From NCBI RefSeq assembly GCF_009914755.1, contig NC_060926.1: a stretch of 64,000 nucleotides of DNA. One strand, 5' to 3'. Below are positions 40,860-54,436 of this stretch, in pieces. Origin of the DNA: the human T2T-CHM13v2.0 reference genome, Homo sapiens. The first letter of the stretch is position 1; each line of letters begins with the position of its first letter. Made by a program: the position numbers and the translations under genes. The notes under the pieces were generated by a model. That model made no database searches. It was not told the origin of the DNA and saw only the letters and a program-made list of their open reading frames with translations.

Positions 40860-41640
40860 GTTACATTACATTCTTTTTCTCCCAGCTTTACAAAGGTATA
40901 ACCTACACCTGAAGTACACCTACCACCTCAATTAAGATAAAATTTCCATCACCCCAAAAAGTTTTCTCTTAACCCACTGCAGTCAGTTCTCTTTCCTGAG
41001 GTCCTGCCGACCACCTGCTTTTGACTTTTTTAGACTCTCAGGTAAATAGAATTAAATAGAGTCTTTTGTGTCTCTTGCTTTCACTTAGCATACTGTTTTG
41101 AAATTCATTCATGTTGTTTTGAGGATCAGTAGTTCATTCCTTCTTATTGCTGAGAAGTATTTCATAGTATGGATATACTGCAATTTGTAACTACTATAAG
41201 TAACACTGTGAACACTTGCATAAAAATCTTTGGCCATATGGGTAAACCTAGGAATAGAATGGCTAGATGGTAGGTGTATGTTTCAAGAGACTGCCAAGCT
41301 GTTTTCTAAAGTCACAATGTAACATTTTACATTGTGACTCACCAGCAGTGCATGAAAGTTCCACTTGCTCCAGTCTCAGCAGTATTTGATTTATGAATCT
41401 TAAATTTTAGCCATTTTAATGGGTATGCAGTTTGTCATTGTGAATTTTAGTTGCATTTCCCTGATGACTAACGATGTTGAGGATCTTTTCAAGTGCTCAT
41501 TCATATGTCATCTTTTGGGAAATGTTTGCTCAACTCTTGCACATTTTTAAAAAACAGTTGTTTTATTTTTACTATTAAGTTTTATTATTAAGTTTTAAGA
41601 AATCTTTATGCATGCTGGATACAAGTCCTTTTGGCATGCA
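40860..41640 (-). mobile_element. Old L1 (L1M) fragment
   Basis: TTGCATTTCCCTGATGACTAACGATGTTGAG and TAGTTCATTCCTTCTTATTGCTGAG motifs. Confidence 0.75.
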
Positions 41641-41860
41641 TTATTTTTAGAGGGCATATTTCATTTTTAAAATGTTGTAAGGATCTGCTTATAACAGAGC
41701 TGTGAAGGGTCAGCTGGAAGTGTGTGTGTTCACAAATCTTACAGAGTTAGACACTGCTGCCCCAATTCAAGGTTGTAATATGGTCAGGTTTTCTCCTAGT
41801 AGTAGACTCAGCAAAAGATCCATAAACATAATTCTTATTTCACTATCTTTGTTAGCTACT

Positions 41861-42161
41861 TCTTCTTTTTTTTTTTTGTAGACAGAATCTCACTCTGTCA
41901 CCCAGGCTGGAGGGCAGTGGCACAATCTGGGATCACTGCAACGTCCACCTCCTGGTTCAAGAGATTTTCCTGACTCAGCCTCCCAGGTAGCTGGGACTGC
42001 AGGCCCACACCACCATGCCTGGCTAATTTTTATATTTTTAGTGGAGATGGCATTTCATCATGTTGGTCAGGCTGATCTCGAACTATTGGCCTCAAGTGAT
42101 CTGCCCACCTCAGCCTCCCAAAGTGCTAGGATTACAGGCATGAGCCACAGCGCACCCAGCC
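41861..42161 (-). mobile_element. AluS-like element
   Basis: Full dimer; TSD CTTTGTTAGCTA(C/T)TT. Confidence 0.92.
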
Positions 42162-43104
42162 TTTGTTAGCTATTTCTACTGGGACTTTAAAGTATTATAT
42201 TTTATCATATTTCTTATTACTTCAATAGTACCTGGGAACTTGTCTCAAACATGAGACCCAGCTTTTTTCCAGAGATGGTACCTACTGGAGAATTCTAGAT
42301 TGAAGTAAGAAAGGAAATTAGGATATAAAACAAGGAGGATTGGCTGAAGCTTAGCTTCAGAAAAAGAGAGGTCTAATATCTCCCTGGGACAATAGAGAAA
42401 CTAGTAGCTCAATTAAGTATTTAAAACCATGATTTTATAACTGACTGATTACAGTAACATGTATGGCCTATGGCAAAAATAAGCTTCTCATTGTTTCCTA
42501 ATGTTCATACTGCATTGATATCAATACTTGTCCATTTTAACTCTTACAGCAGAACAGATCTTTGTTGCATGTACTCTATCTTAGAGTATCACAGATAGAG
42601 TAAAAAATACCTATGCACCCTCACATATTTTGAATCCTTGTATTACAGATTTTTCTTTCACTTTAAACTGACCTCAGAAGCTATAATTGTTGGACCATAA
42701 TTGATTCTTAAACGTTTTCTAAAAATATTGTTATTTTAGTGTTTCTCAATGATGAATACATGTCAAATGTAGAAAATCAAAGCTAAACCCCTCAGTTATC
42801 TCGAACTCATGAACTCATGCAACATGAATTCTCATCGATTATCTTGTTTTATCAATAAGGAAAGAAATGGGATCTTGTTATGCAGGAGTAATCCGTTCCA
42901 ATGTGATGTTCTGATGTCTGAGGAGCACGTCTGCCTTTCAGAACAGATCCTGCACTCTGCTAGTGCATTTCTCCAGCACTCCACGGGGCTTTTACCCAAC
43001 AATGCAGCTTCACACACAGACACCACATTGGTATATGGCACAAGCTGGCCTAATATGCAGGGAAAGGATGGTCTCTACCCACACAGCCAGACAGTGCTTT
43101 CTAC

Positions 43105-43110
43105 TTTATT
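43105..43110 (-). terminator. Candidate proximal FARSB poly(A) signal AATAAA
   Basis: TTTATT on +, about 105 nt past the FARSB stop codon. Confidence 0.55.
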
Positions 43111-43215
43111 AAACATCAAAGCCCAAATAGATGTTCCCTGTGGAGGAGGACTTAAGGACACTAGGGGAGGAGAAAGGGACACCTGGGAAGAGAATCACAC
43201 CACAGAGACCAATCT

Positions 43216-43416
<201 letters not shown>

Positions 43417-45873
43417 TCAATAGACATTTAACACTAAAAGCCCACTAGTCTACTTTAAAAATAACTATTCTTTAAATCACTGGCTGTGAAAAGAGAACGC
43501 TTCCTCATACTTTCTAGTATTTAAAAGAAGGATTTGCTATCAAGAAACTCTTGCAAGGAAAAAATCCGGGGCAAATATGAAAATAAGGGCCCTGTATTTT
43601 TGGTAACAGGGACCCGAGCAGGAAGGATGAAATCATGGAGGCTGCTGAAGGTCCACAGTCAGAAGTCCTAGGGGAACTCTGCCTGCACTTGGAACTGGTC
43701 CTAAAAAGGCCAAAAGGAAAAAAATGAAACATAAAACTGATGAACTTAATGGGAAGAACCTGTTTTCAAACAGGTTTTTCCATAGCAACGCTCACTGGAT
43801 AAGACATCGACACTGAATTCATTTGCTCTGTACAACTCTTCCTCACTCTTTCTCACCTTATTACATAAAGAAACTGGAGCCGCCGTGTCATAGGCCGGCT
43901 ACTGGGGGAACCACACCTCTGATGACAGGCCATGCTACCAGAAGGCAACCCACATTCCCATCTGAAAAGAGCTTTCTAAGCAGTTCTGGAGCATCTACTG
44001 TAAAACCACAGCAAAGGCCAGCCTAACACAAGTCTGGGTTGATGCCTCATTTACTTCAAGACAGGCAGAAAGTTCTCTTTATCTGGGTGCCAATGCACTG
44101 ATACAGCTTACCAAGGCAGTAACAGTTCTTGAGATTTACAGAGCTAAAAATGAACATATGGGCCCACTCCATATTCATGAAATTACCAGTGCCACAGTAA
44201 ATTATCAGTGTTCTGTACTCTTCTGAAGTTTACAAATATGCTGACTCACTGCTCTCACCACCAACTTGAAAAGGGATCAGGCCTGCAGCTCCTGACAGAT
44301 TCAACAGAAACATTTACTGGCATAAACTATAAACACCCATGCAGAGCTGGGCCACAGTGTCCAGCCTGCCACTTCAGAGTGAGTGCATTATTGATGAAAG
44401 AGTAAACTGCTGAGTCTCTACTAATGGTTCCAAGGTCAGCATGCTTAGGAAATACAGAATCAGGTTGGAGGGGAGGGGAACCGGCTACTGTCAAGTTAGT
44501 ACCACAGAGACAAAGGACAATTACATATATTTCTTGACCAGCAGAGAAGGATCTTTGTTTATATTTCTGGGGAAAGAGCTGGAAAATATTCTAAATTGTC
44601 ATTCTTAAGTAAACCCAAAGCAACAGAGGTGAAATATTAAGGTGGCCTCTTTTTCACATCTCTCCAAACTAAACAATTCTGCCTCACTGTCTTTTAAAGC
44701 AAGAATTTCAGTGACTGCATTTAACTATCTGGCTCTGCACACTAATCCACACTTGGGGTGAGGGATAGGGAGGGAAACCAAATAAAACAATGCAGAAACC
44801 AAACCCAACTAATATTATAGAGCCTTAGTTTCATATTAATATGAATATTCACATTCATATGAATATTACTAAATCTGATAAAGATGGCACATTTTAATTC
44901 TATCAAAATAAATGTCTAACTTAAAAGACAAAACTCTCCTCCCCTCGACTCCCCAAAGGAGAAGAAAAATCTTCAAATGACATGTAAGTGAAGATTATAT
45001 AAGGTGTTGATGGTAAGCAATATAATCAAGAACTGCAGAACTGGAAGGACTGCTGGGAATTATTTATCCCAGCACCCCAGCACCCCTATACAGAGCTAGA
45101 CTTGAATACAACCACACTACCTGAAAAAAGACACCAGCTTGCTGTGGTTTTTATGAACTTTTATCTTATTAATAGATTCAACGGGTACGTGTTCAAGTTT
45201 GTTACCTGGGTATATTGTGTGATGCTGATGTTTGACACCAGTCTATTTTTAAGGGACACTCAGAAAGGCAATGTTCAGGATCTTCCCTGATAACTTTACT
45301 GTGTTTAAGAATCCTCATTGTACCAAAATCCATCCTTTCATCTATCTTCAATTCCAATTTGATTGGTTTCATTTTTACAAGCATAAAACCAAACTATTTT
45401 GGAATCTAAGCCAGATGTGCTAGTTCTAACAATGTTAGCAAAATAAAGCCTAAGAGATAAGAGCTTAGAATTTTTACTTCATAAAACAACTTTTCGAATC
45501 AGCACTTTTTTTTTTTAGCAAAATTCAGTTATATTCTTCTTCAGTTGCCAGATCTACCTCTCTCCAGAAGTTGGGATCAAACTTTGCTTTAGCTCATTAA
45601 TCAGTTAGGTACTTGATCAGACAAAAAATATTTGTGTCACTAAGTATAATTTTCCCTCTTTCCAAAGAAAAGCAAAAAAGAACTAAAATTCATACTATGC
45701 TTTATTTAAAACATATCCAAGCATATGAGTATTCTACATAACATAAATATCAAAAGCTCTCACCTGTCACCTGGACACATAGACCCATCCAGGCCACTGC
45801 AGCATCTCAAACTGCTCTGGGGTCAGAAGGCCTTCACAGCGGTCCAATGGAGCTGACAGCACATACAGGAGCC

Positions 45874-45996
45874 TGCTGCCCTCTTGTCCAATACTAATCA
45901 TCCTCCCCTACCAACTCACACGTAAAAAGGAAGCATGCTGCCCTATCATCCAATACAAATTATCCTTCCCTACCAACCCACATGTAAAAATGAAGC
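45874..45996. repeat. Diverged 62-bp tandem duplication
   Basis: TGCTGCCCT...CCAATAC.AAT.ATCCT.CCCTACCAAC.CACA.GTAAAAA.GAAGC occurs twice, starting at 45874 and 45936. Confidence 0.85.
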
Positions 45997-48900
45997 CCAG
46001 TCATAAGATTCCTGTATAAACTCGACTTTGCTGAAACTGCACACTTTATATCTGACCTTGTGAAAAATGAAAAAATGGCAAGTTAAAATTGTCATCACAG
46101 GTTAAACACTTCTTGTGATTTTCTTATCGACTCCTCTTTTCAGCAAGGTTAAGGTTCTGTCCTCCTCATACACAAATTAAGTGGTACGCACATAAAAGCT
46201 CCTTCAAGTTGTCTATTGGTACAACAGAGAGAACCTAAAAAATGTGCCACTTGACAGATATTACATGTAAACTAGAAATACTGAAGGAAAATATAACGTT
46301 ACTAAAACAGAAGTATTTCTTAGTGCTTTTGAAAACCTTTAAGGTTCAAACCAAACTTTGCAGGCAGAAGGGAATTGCTTCAAAGGATAGAAGAGAGAAT
46401 AACTACTTCACTAAGAAAACAAGGGAGATATAGCTGACCTGGGCAACCATTAGGCCCTAGAGTTCAAAGATGAGAGCATCTCTCTCCACTGTTGGCAGAA
46501 AGGGGGTAGTTGAGCACAATAACTCCGGTAGATTAATGTGATCATAGTGCTCTAGCTAGGACTAATGCGCCGTAAAGCAGAGTATTTCCAGAAATAAAAA
46601 CAGTCACATCGAAATGGAACAAAATATGAGTCTAGGCTTGTGAAAAATCAGACCTGGGTGGTAGCCAAAGGCTAACCTTATAGCATCAACAAACAAAAAC
46701 ATATTTTTAGAGAAAGAGCAGCATGCTGTGTCTAGAAACATAAAGTTGCCATTTCAAAGAAAATGACATTGCTTTGTGAAATGGGAATTCTAAAATTCAA
46801 ATTCTATAAAGTACATTAGTTTTCTCTTACTGATGTTTCAAGATGTGTAGTATTACAATTTTCAATCTAAGCCCAAAATGCTCCCCAGCAAAAAGCCTCC
46901 GAGCCCGCTTTTCTACCTACTTCCTTATACTGGTTAAACTCTCAGCTTTGCTGCTATCACAGTAAACGGCTTCCAACATAAAACAGATGTGGGGGAAATA
47001 GTGTTCTCTGTTGAAATACATGTGAAAGTCTGGACAAAAGAAACATCAGGTAAGCACAAAAAAGAATTCAATTTCCAAAACTTAGTGGGGTGTTAGTAAG
47101 TCCCTTAATTAAAGCCTTTGTAGCATCTCCTAGAGGTCTGTAATTGTCTCTGTGCTCAGACGGCAGGACCACTCTGAGGACCTTGGGGGTAATTCCTGGG
47201 CCTGTAATCCAGCACAGCACCCAGGCTTTAGCACATTTTCTGGCTAATTGACCATCAAAGAGTTTGTAAGCTCCCTCTCTTGCTCATTGCTAAACACTTT
47301 TCACAGTTTCTTTTTGCCTCATCTTTTTTTTTTTTTTAAAGAGAAATATTATAGGCCCAAAGTTTGGATAAGCTTTACACGTAGAGTCATTCCTATAATT
47401 TTAGGGAGCATCAGAAGTAGAAGCTTAAGGAGGTAACTGAGCAGACCCCCTAATCTGAAAACATCAGAAGGTGTTATCAAGCACCTTCTTAATCAGGGTC
47501 TTAATTCCTGATCTTCATCCCCCTGCCACTGGCTATATTCGACTCAATCATTTGGTATTTTATTTAGCCCATCTGTAAAAAGTCATCTACTCATACAATT
47601 TTATTTTTCCTTTTTTTTTTACATTACTAATACATGATGTGAGGCTCGAACCCACATATTGTACTGCTTGCAATCTGATACTTAACCACCCAAAATTTCT
47701 GCAATAAAGAGATAAGAACAAAATATAAAGGGGGGGGCAGGGAACACTGGAAAAGGAATGTCCTTATGTCACATATGTCATAGCAAACAACAGAAACTAT
47801 CATCATGAGTTTTAACTATACATAAGTCTCCAACTTCAGGGATGAACTAAAAAAATACAAAATTATATAGATATTGTAAGCCACTGGGCCAACTGAATGT
47901 ACTGTAAATATGTTCTAAGTGAGTAATTATGTACTATGGAGTGAAGGGAGGAATAATCATTTCACAGGCTGATTCGGGGGCTGGCATCTACCCAAGCCCT
48001 TCTCCTCCCAGAAAAGGGGAATAAAACATCTCCAGTGTTCCATACTGGGGTGAAATTGACAGGGTGGGTGACAAGGCAAAGTGTGGAATGAGACTGGAAC
48101 CATAATTTCCTACAGAGGAGGAACTTCCTCCTGGTTTCCCACTAGTTTTCTGAGAATGCAGTAACAGGAATTGTAGGACTCTGCTGCCAGCTCATCAACA
48201 TCACCTTCCTTTTCTAAACAATGTTGATTTAAAGGAAGAGACAGCATATAGAGGCTATAAAATGAAACACACACTTATCCCACGTGAGCATGGTGTCATT
48301 CTTAAAGGTGGCTGTTCTCGAAGTTTTAGAACCAGCAGTTTTTTGAGGGCACCGATGGACTACAACAAGGGGAGAGAACTCAAGGGGGAAAACGGTACAA
48401 TGTAGGTAAGACATTAGAGCTTATAAAAGGAAAGAAAAAGGTTTAGGAATATGAGGAGGAAAAAAATCATTATTGAGATATAAAACACACAAACATTTTT
48501 TCAGATCCTAGTACACTCAGTTGGGAGAAAATGTCTCTGCAAAGACCATTTAATTTGTAAGTGGAGACTGAATAATTTCCAACTGGTAATATAAAACACC
48601 TATTTTCCCCTGATGTATACAATTCTTCACCTTGCATTTGAAGTGAAATATTTATGGTACCTAAAGTCTGTAAAGAGAGGGGACCTAATCCCTTGAGTTT
48701 AATGACCATCTTTCATCCCTTTCTGAAGATCAAAAGAAAGAAAACCCCCTCACACAACTTTACAGTGCTAATCCCAACACACCTGCAGACACCATTAACT
48801 CTTAAAGTGAAGGCAACTGGATGTGAGGGAACTGGTACCTACTTAACCCCACAGCATGGAACTCAGGGAGCCCATGACGCAGCAACATTCCATCAACACA

Positions 48901-49902
48901 GGGCAGGGTATACTATTACAAATCCAGACAGGATCCTGTAGGACCTTATGCTTCAAAAGAAATCAGCAAAACCCACACTACCTAGTCCTCTAAGTGATGG
49001 AGCAATGTCTTCAATAAACAACCATCTTTTAACAATTACCACAATCTCCTTGTGACTAAATATTTAGAATCGTAACTCCAAAATTTCCCAGTCTTAATTT
49101 GTGTAGAGAAATTTATCATTTATCATTTATTCCTGTGATTTTTACTTTTTAACATTTCTTATGAAACATTTAGTTAATTAGGGCAAATACGAAATGATTA
49201 AATAGAAAATGCTCGGGAAACGTTGAGATCTATTTTAAAGCCTAATCTTAACTATGTGTCTCTCATGCACACATGCACACTCATATTTTAAAACCTAAAG
49301 GAGGTCAGGAATGTTGGAAGAGCTTCAAGATGACCCAGCTAATTGTAACTTTAAATCACTCTCAAACTGTGTAAAACCAAAGGATTTTTACCTCTAGGTT
49401 AAAAAGTACCCTCACTGTCAGTCTGTTTTGAAAACTTCTGTTCTTAAATAATGCCATCATCCTATATTTGTCTGACACCCATATCATTTTCCCCCAAAAT
49501 TTTCACATTTCTTCAATATGTATAGAATATATTTAGAATAACAACTTCAAAAATAAAAGAAATCACTCTGCCTTCTTGGGCCAACAAATGGTTCTTTACC
49601 CAGTCTTTCACCTGACAAAAATCTTTAAGGGGATTATTTCTCAAACCAAAAGGAATAATTTATTACTTCCTCCACAAGTACAGTGAAATAATTAAAAAGA
49701 GACTGTGGTAGGGCTAATTAAGGAAAGAATGGAAATGTCGACTATATGAGATTGTATCCAAATTTCACAATTAGTTAACTTATTCAATTGAGACCTTTAG
49801 CTAACTTAGTGCAAACATAACTTTAAACATGTAATTTTGATAGCTGTTTTAGTTTCAGAGTAAGATTTCAGGTGACAAGTAGGGCATGTAAAAGAAAAAG
49901 GA

Positions 49903-50340
49903 GGCCGGGCACGGTGGCTCACGCCTGTAATCCCAGCACTTTGGGGGCCAACGCGGGAAGATCACGAGGTCAGGAGATCGAGACCATCCTGGCCAACATG
50001 GTGAAACCCCATCTCTACTAAAAATACAAAAAAATTAGCTGGGGCCGGGCACAGTAGCTCATGCCTGTAATCCCAGCACTTTGGGAGGCCAAGGCAGGTG
50101 GATCATGAGGTCAGGAGATCGAGACCATCCTGGCTAACACGGTGAAACCCCATCTCTACTAAAAAATACAAAAAAAATTAGCCAGGCGTGACGGTGGGCG
50201 CCTGTAGTCCCAGCTACTCAGGAGGCTAAGACAAGAGAATTGCTTGAACTCGGGAGGGGGAGGTTGCAGTAAGCTGAGATCTCACCACTGCACTCCAGCC
50301 TGGGTGATAGAGTGAGACTCCATCTCAAAAACAAAGAAAA
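49903..50340 (+). mobile_element. Trimeric Alu (left arm, left arm, right arm)
   Basis: Two GGCCGGGCAC heads (49903, 50043) and one right arm with tail; outer TSD AAAGAAAAA(G/T)GA. Confidence 0.9.
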
Positions 50341-51029
50341 GAAAAATGAAAGAATAATGAAATTGCAAAAACATGGCACCTCGCCTTCTATTCACTCATT
50401 CCCAGTGCAGCCCTGGCCAAGCCCTTTGTGGGACAGACAAGTTACAGATGGGAAAAAGTGAAGCACAAGGAGATTAGGAGGCTTGCCCTAGGCAAGCAAT
50501 AGTAGAGGCTGGAGAGTAAGCAAAAGGTGAATAAGGGCCGTGGAATCAGCTCTTCTGTGTGTGGCCCACAGGCACATAAGGCCTAAAGCAGAATGTTTTT
50601 AAGCTTTTGGTCAAGCTGTCCATTTCGTGTTTACAAACTTCTTCTGGTTTACAATTAAATAAACAAACAAAACTTAAGAGAAAATAAGAAAGACTGACAG
50701 TTCATCATCTTCCACCTTAGGACATACCCAAGTAGGGTCTGTAATATTAATACAGCACAATACTGACAAAACCTAGAGCCTTCCATGGAAAACAGAACTA
50801 TTTATTTTTTAAATCCCATATAACACAGGTACTTGTATGAATAAATTTCAGATTCTTGAAACAAAGCTGGAATTATTTCAGCAGACAAGTACCACAGGGA
50901 CACCATCTACAAAGGCAAAGAAAAAGAGCTGAAATGTTAGAACTTGTGGCAGAAACTCCTTCTGAATTTAAACTCCTGCAAACTCTTAAAACTAGAAATG
51001 ACCTTGGAAGCAATCCTGTCCATTTCCTT

Positions 51030-51340
51030 CACTTAATATATGAAAAAAATAGATACTAGACAGGTTAAGAAAACAGGTAGGAGCAGAATTGAGATCAGAA
51101 CTCAGGTTTTCCTGAAACCCAGTCTGTAGCTCATCCAACGTTGCTTTTCTGAAGACAGATAGACCTAAGATCTACTCCAAGTTTACTCTGAGGAGATTTA
51201 CACATTCCAAAATGCTTTCACAAATTCTTGCAACTGCCTCCCCTGACAACTCTAGGGTGTTGATGGGACAGATATCGTCATTGCCATTTTACAGATGAAG
51301 AAACTGGCGTGAAGGAATTAAGTCTTTAATAACATGGATT
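51030..51340 (-). mobile_element. MIR fragments
   Basis: CCATTTTACAGATGAAGAAACTG core; another fragment near 50430-50500. Confidence 0.65.
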
Positions 51341-51722
51341 AGTGACAGAACGACTTGCCACAACACTCAGTGTTATATGGACTCTATCACAGTTGATTAG
51401 CATGCATCCTAAGGTTTTACAAACAACATATTCATTACATGTAAGTAAATATTATATACATGAATATTATACATAATAAATATTATATATAATGAATTAA
51501 TGTCTATTCCATCTTGGGAACTGCTTTTTCAAGTGAGTTTGTATTCACGTGTCTAAAGACATTTTAATCACATTCCACTATATTTATATGTCATAGCTTG
51601 TCAACTTATTCTTTAAGTATTTAATCCTGAAGTTGTTTCCTATTATTCATTAGTATAAATAAGGCTTCTGTAAGCATAGAGTCTTTCTTGGATTACTTCC
51701 CTTTTCTAAAAGTAGTACTAAA

Positions 51723-51851
51723 GGTGAGGCATAGTGGTTGTACACCTGCAATCCTAGTGCTTTGGGAGGCTGAGGCAGGAAGGTGGCTTGAGACCAGGTG
51801 TTCAAAACTAGCCTGGGCAACATAGTGAGACAACATCTCAAAAAAAAAAAA
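51723..51851 (+). mobile_element. FLAM (free left Alu monomer)
   Basis: ~120 bp left monomer ending CAACATAGTGAGACAACATCTC plus poly(A). Confidence 0.85.
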
Positions 51852-52989
51852 TAGTGCTACATAGGTAAAAAGAAAATGAATCATTGTATAGCTCCTTATA
51901 TAGCAAAATGTTAAACAATGCACTTCTAGTAGTGGTACTAGCAACAAACCACAAATAGATTATATTGATCTCATCTTGTACAACACCAATAAAAAACTTT
52001 CTCCTGCATAACACAACTACTGCCTTTAAAAAAAAATTCCACTGGTAGGAAAAAAAAATGCCCCAAATCAACCTAGGAAAATAATTCCAAGAGGAAACCT
52101 TTTTTCAGAGAATGCAATTCACAAACTAAGGGACTTTAGGGATTATGAGAGTGACTAGAAACCTTTATCTCCTGAAAGGTGAGCGACAAAATATAGTGAC
52201 TCAGAAGGGGGAAAATGAGGGTTCTGGTTCTTGGAAGGGGAGAAGTAGAGGAAAGTACAACTATAACACAAAAAACCCTACAAGACAGGAAGGGCCAGGG
52301 GGTCTTGAGACATTTTACTTGGCCTCATAAGACCCTCAGCAAGAAGATCACATTCCTGACCCACAGCCCACATGAGCCAACAGGTGCTCAGATGTATTTC
52401 CAAGGTTGCCCAAGTCACCCAAATGAATGACAGCATTCATTTCTCAAAAAGCCCAAGGTTAGGCCACAGCTATTCAACCCCAGTGTAAAACAAAATAATT
52501 GGTCAAAGTAAAAACCACAACTGAGACTTCAGTAAAGTTAACGGGCCTCCTGTCATTTTTATGAAGGTATTGGGAATACTTTAAATGAATGTCAATCTGT
52601 TGGATTTCTGCAATGATGTAATATATATATAGAAGAGTAATTTAAGCTAAAAAGCAGAAAGGAGTCTCTCAAAAAAGGAATAATATGGGAGAGAAGAAAT
52701 GTGCTGACAGATGAATGAAACTGGAGAAGACAGATCTCTAATGGATGTTCTGTTATGTTTCTGCATCCCCACTGCCCCAAAAGTCCATAGTAAAAGAAAC
52801 ATTTCCAATTTTTAAACAAAGCAGACTATGGATTAACATATTTTTAAAAATCAGAGCAAGCATTTAGTTATTAAAGGTTTCTAGAATCTTGCTTGTTAGA
52901 AATAAATACAGGAAATGTCAAAAAAGTGGTTTTTCAACAATTTTCTAATTTCCTAGATAAACCATAATAGATATGCTATTAGCTTCTGA

Positions 52990-53760
52990 GCAGTTGGAGT
53001 CAAAAGACAGTTGACAAACTGAAAAAACAGCATATGTATATCACGAAGGGTTGACAGCCACACTACATAGAAGGTTCCTAAAACTAGAGAAGATTGACAA
53101 ACCTAAAGAAATAAGGAAGAAGACAGGTGGATCACAGAAAAGGAAATAAAAATGTCCTTGTAAACATGTAAATATGTTACATTTGCTCACGGCAAGGGAA
53201 ATTCAATTAAAACTACAGTGAGACACCATTTCCCATCTGAAAGACTGGCAAAGACAAGAAGTCTGGTGACCATGGCTGTGGAGAAATAAGTCCTCTCAAG
53301 TGTTGCTGCAGCGTTTGTACAACGTTGGAACTAGAAATCCTATGGAGGGGTGTTTGGCAGTGTCTAGTGAAAATATGAATTTATTTACTTTGTCCCAGTG
53401 ATCCCATACTTCTAGGAATCTGTCCCAGAGATACAGTGGCATTACCAAATAACATATGCACAAGACTATTCTCTGTAACACAATCTGTAATAGCAAAAGA
53501 TTGGAAACAACTCAATGTTAATCAACAGGAAATTAGTTGATTACACTGTGGAACTCCATAAAATGAAGTACCCCAGAGAAGTCAAAAGAAAGGAGGAAGA
53601 TCTCTATATGCTGCTACAGAATCATCTCCAATGTAGGCTGTCAGGTAAAACAAAGAAAGGTACAGAACAGTGTGTAAAGTATCAGCCCCTCAGCTGAAAG
53701 AGTAGAAGAGAATATGAACACACACACACAGGTGTGTGCACACATACATCAGAAGGATAA
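52990..53760 (+). mobile_element. Old L1 (L1ME-like) 3' fragments
   Basis: ATTAAAACTACAGTGAGACACCATTT, CCCAGTGATCCCATACTTCTAGGAAT and TTGGAAACAACTCAATG motifs. Confidence 0.7.
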
Positions 53761-53990
53761 ACTGAAAACTAATAAAAATCATAACCTATAGAGGCAGGGA
53801 GGGAACGGTGTGGAAGCCAGAGTTCTCTCTACGTCCCTTATTTATAGCCTATATTCTAAGTACAAAAAGTAATAAGGATAAATTTTAAGCTGCTTTCAAT
53901 AATCATATTGTTGATAATAGTATTTTTATTTTGAAACTATGATAGATAAATAGATAAACAGAATGAGCAAACAAGCAATAATGTAAATTC

Positions 53991-54303
<313 letters not shown>

Positions 54304-54436
54304 TCACTAGGAACCAAGATTCTCACTAAAGAAAAAGAGATAAACTAACACAGGAACAGAAAACCAAACACTGCATGTTCTCACTCATAAGAGGGAGTTG
54401 AACAACAAGAACACATGGACACAGGGAGGGGAACAT

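Noticed and set aside
44830-44864. Adjacent palindromes TTCATATTAATATGAA and ATTCATATGAAT
   Set aside because: Low-complexity AT-rich sequence; expected by chance or slippage.
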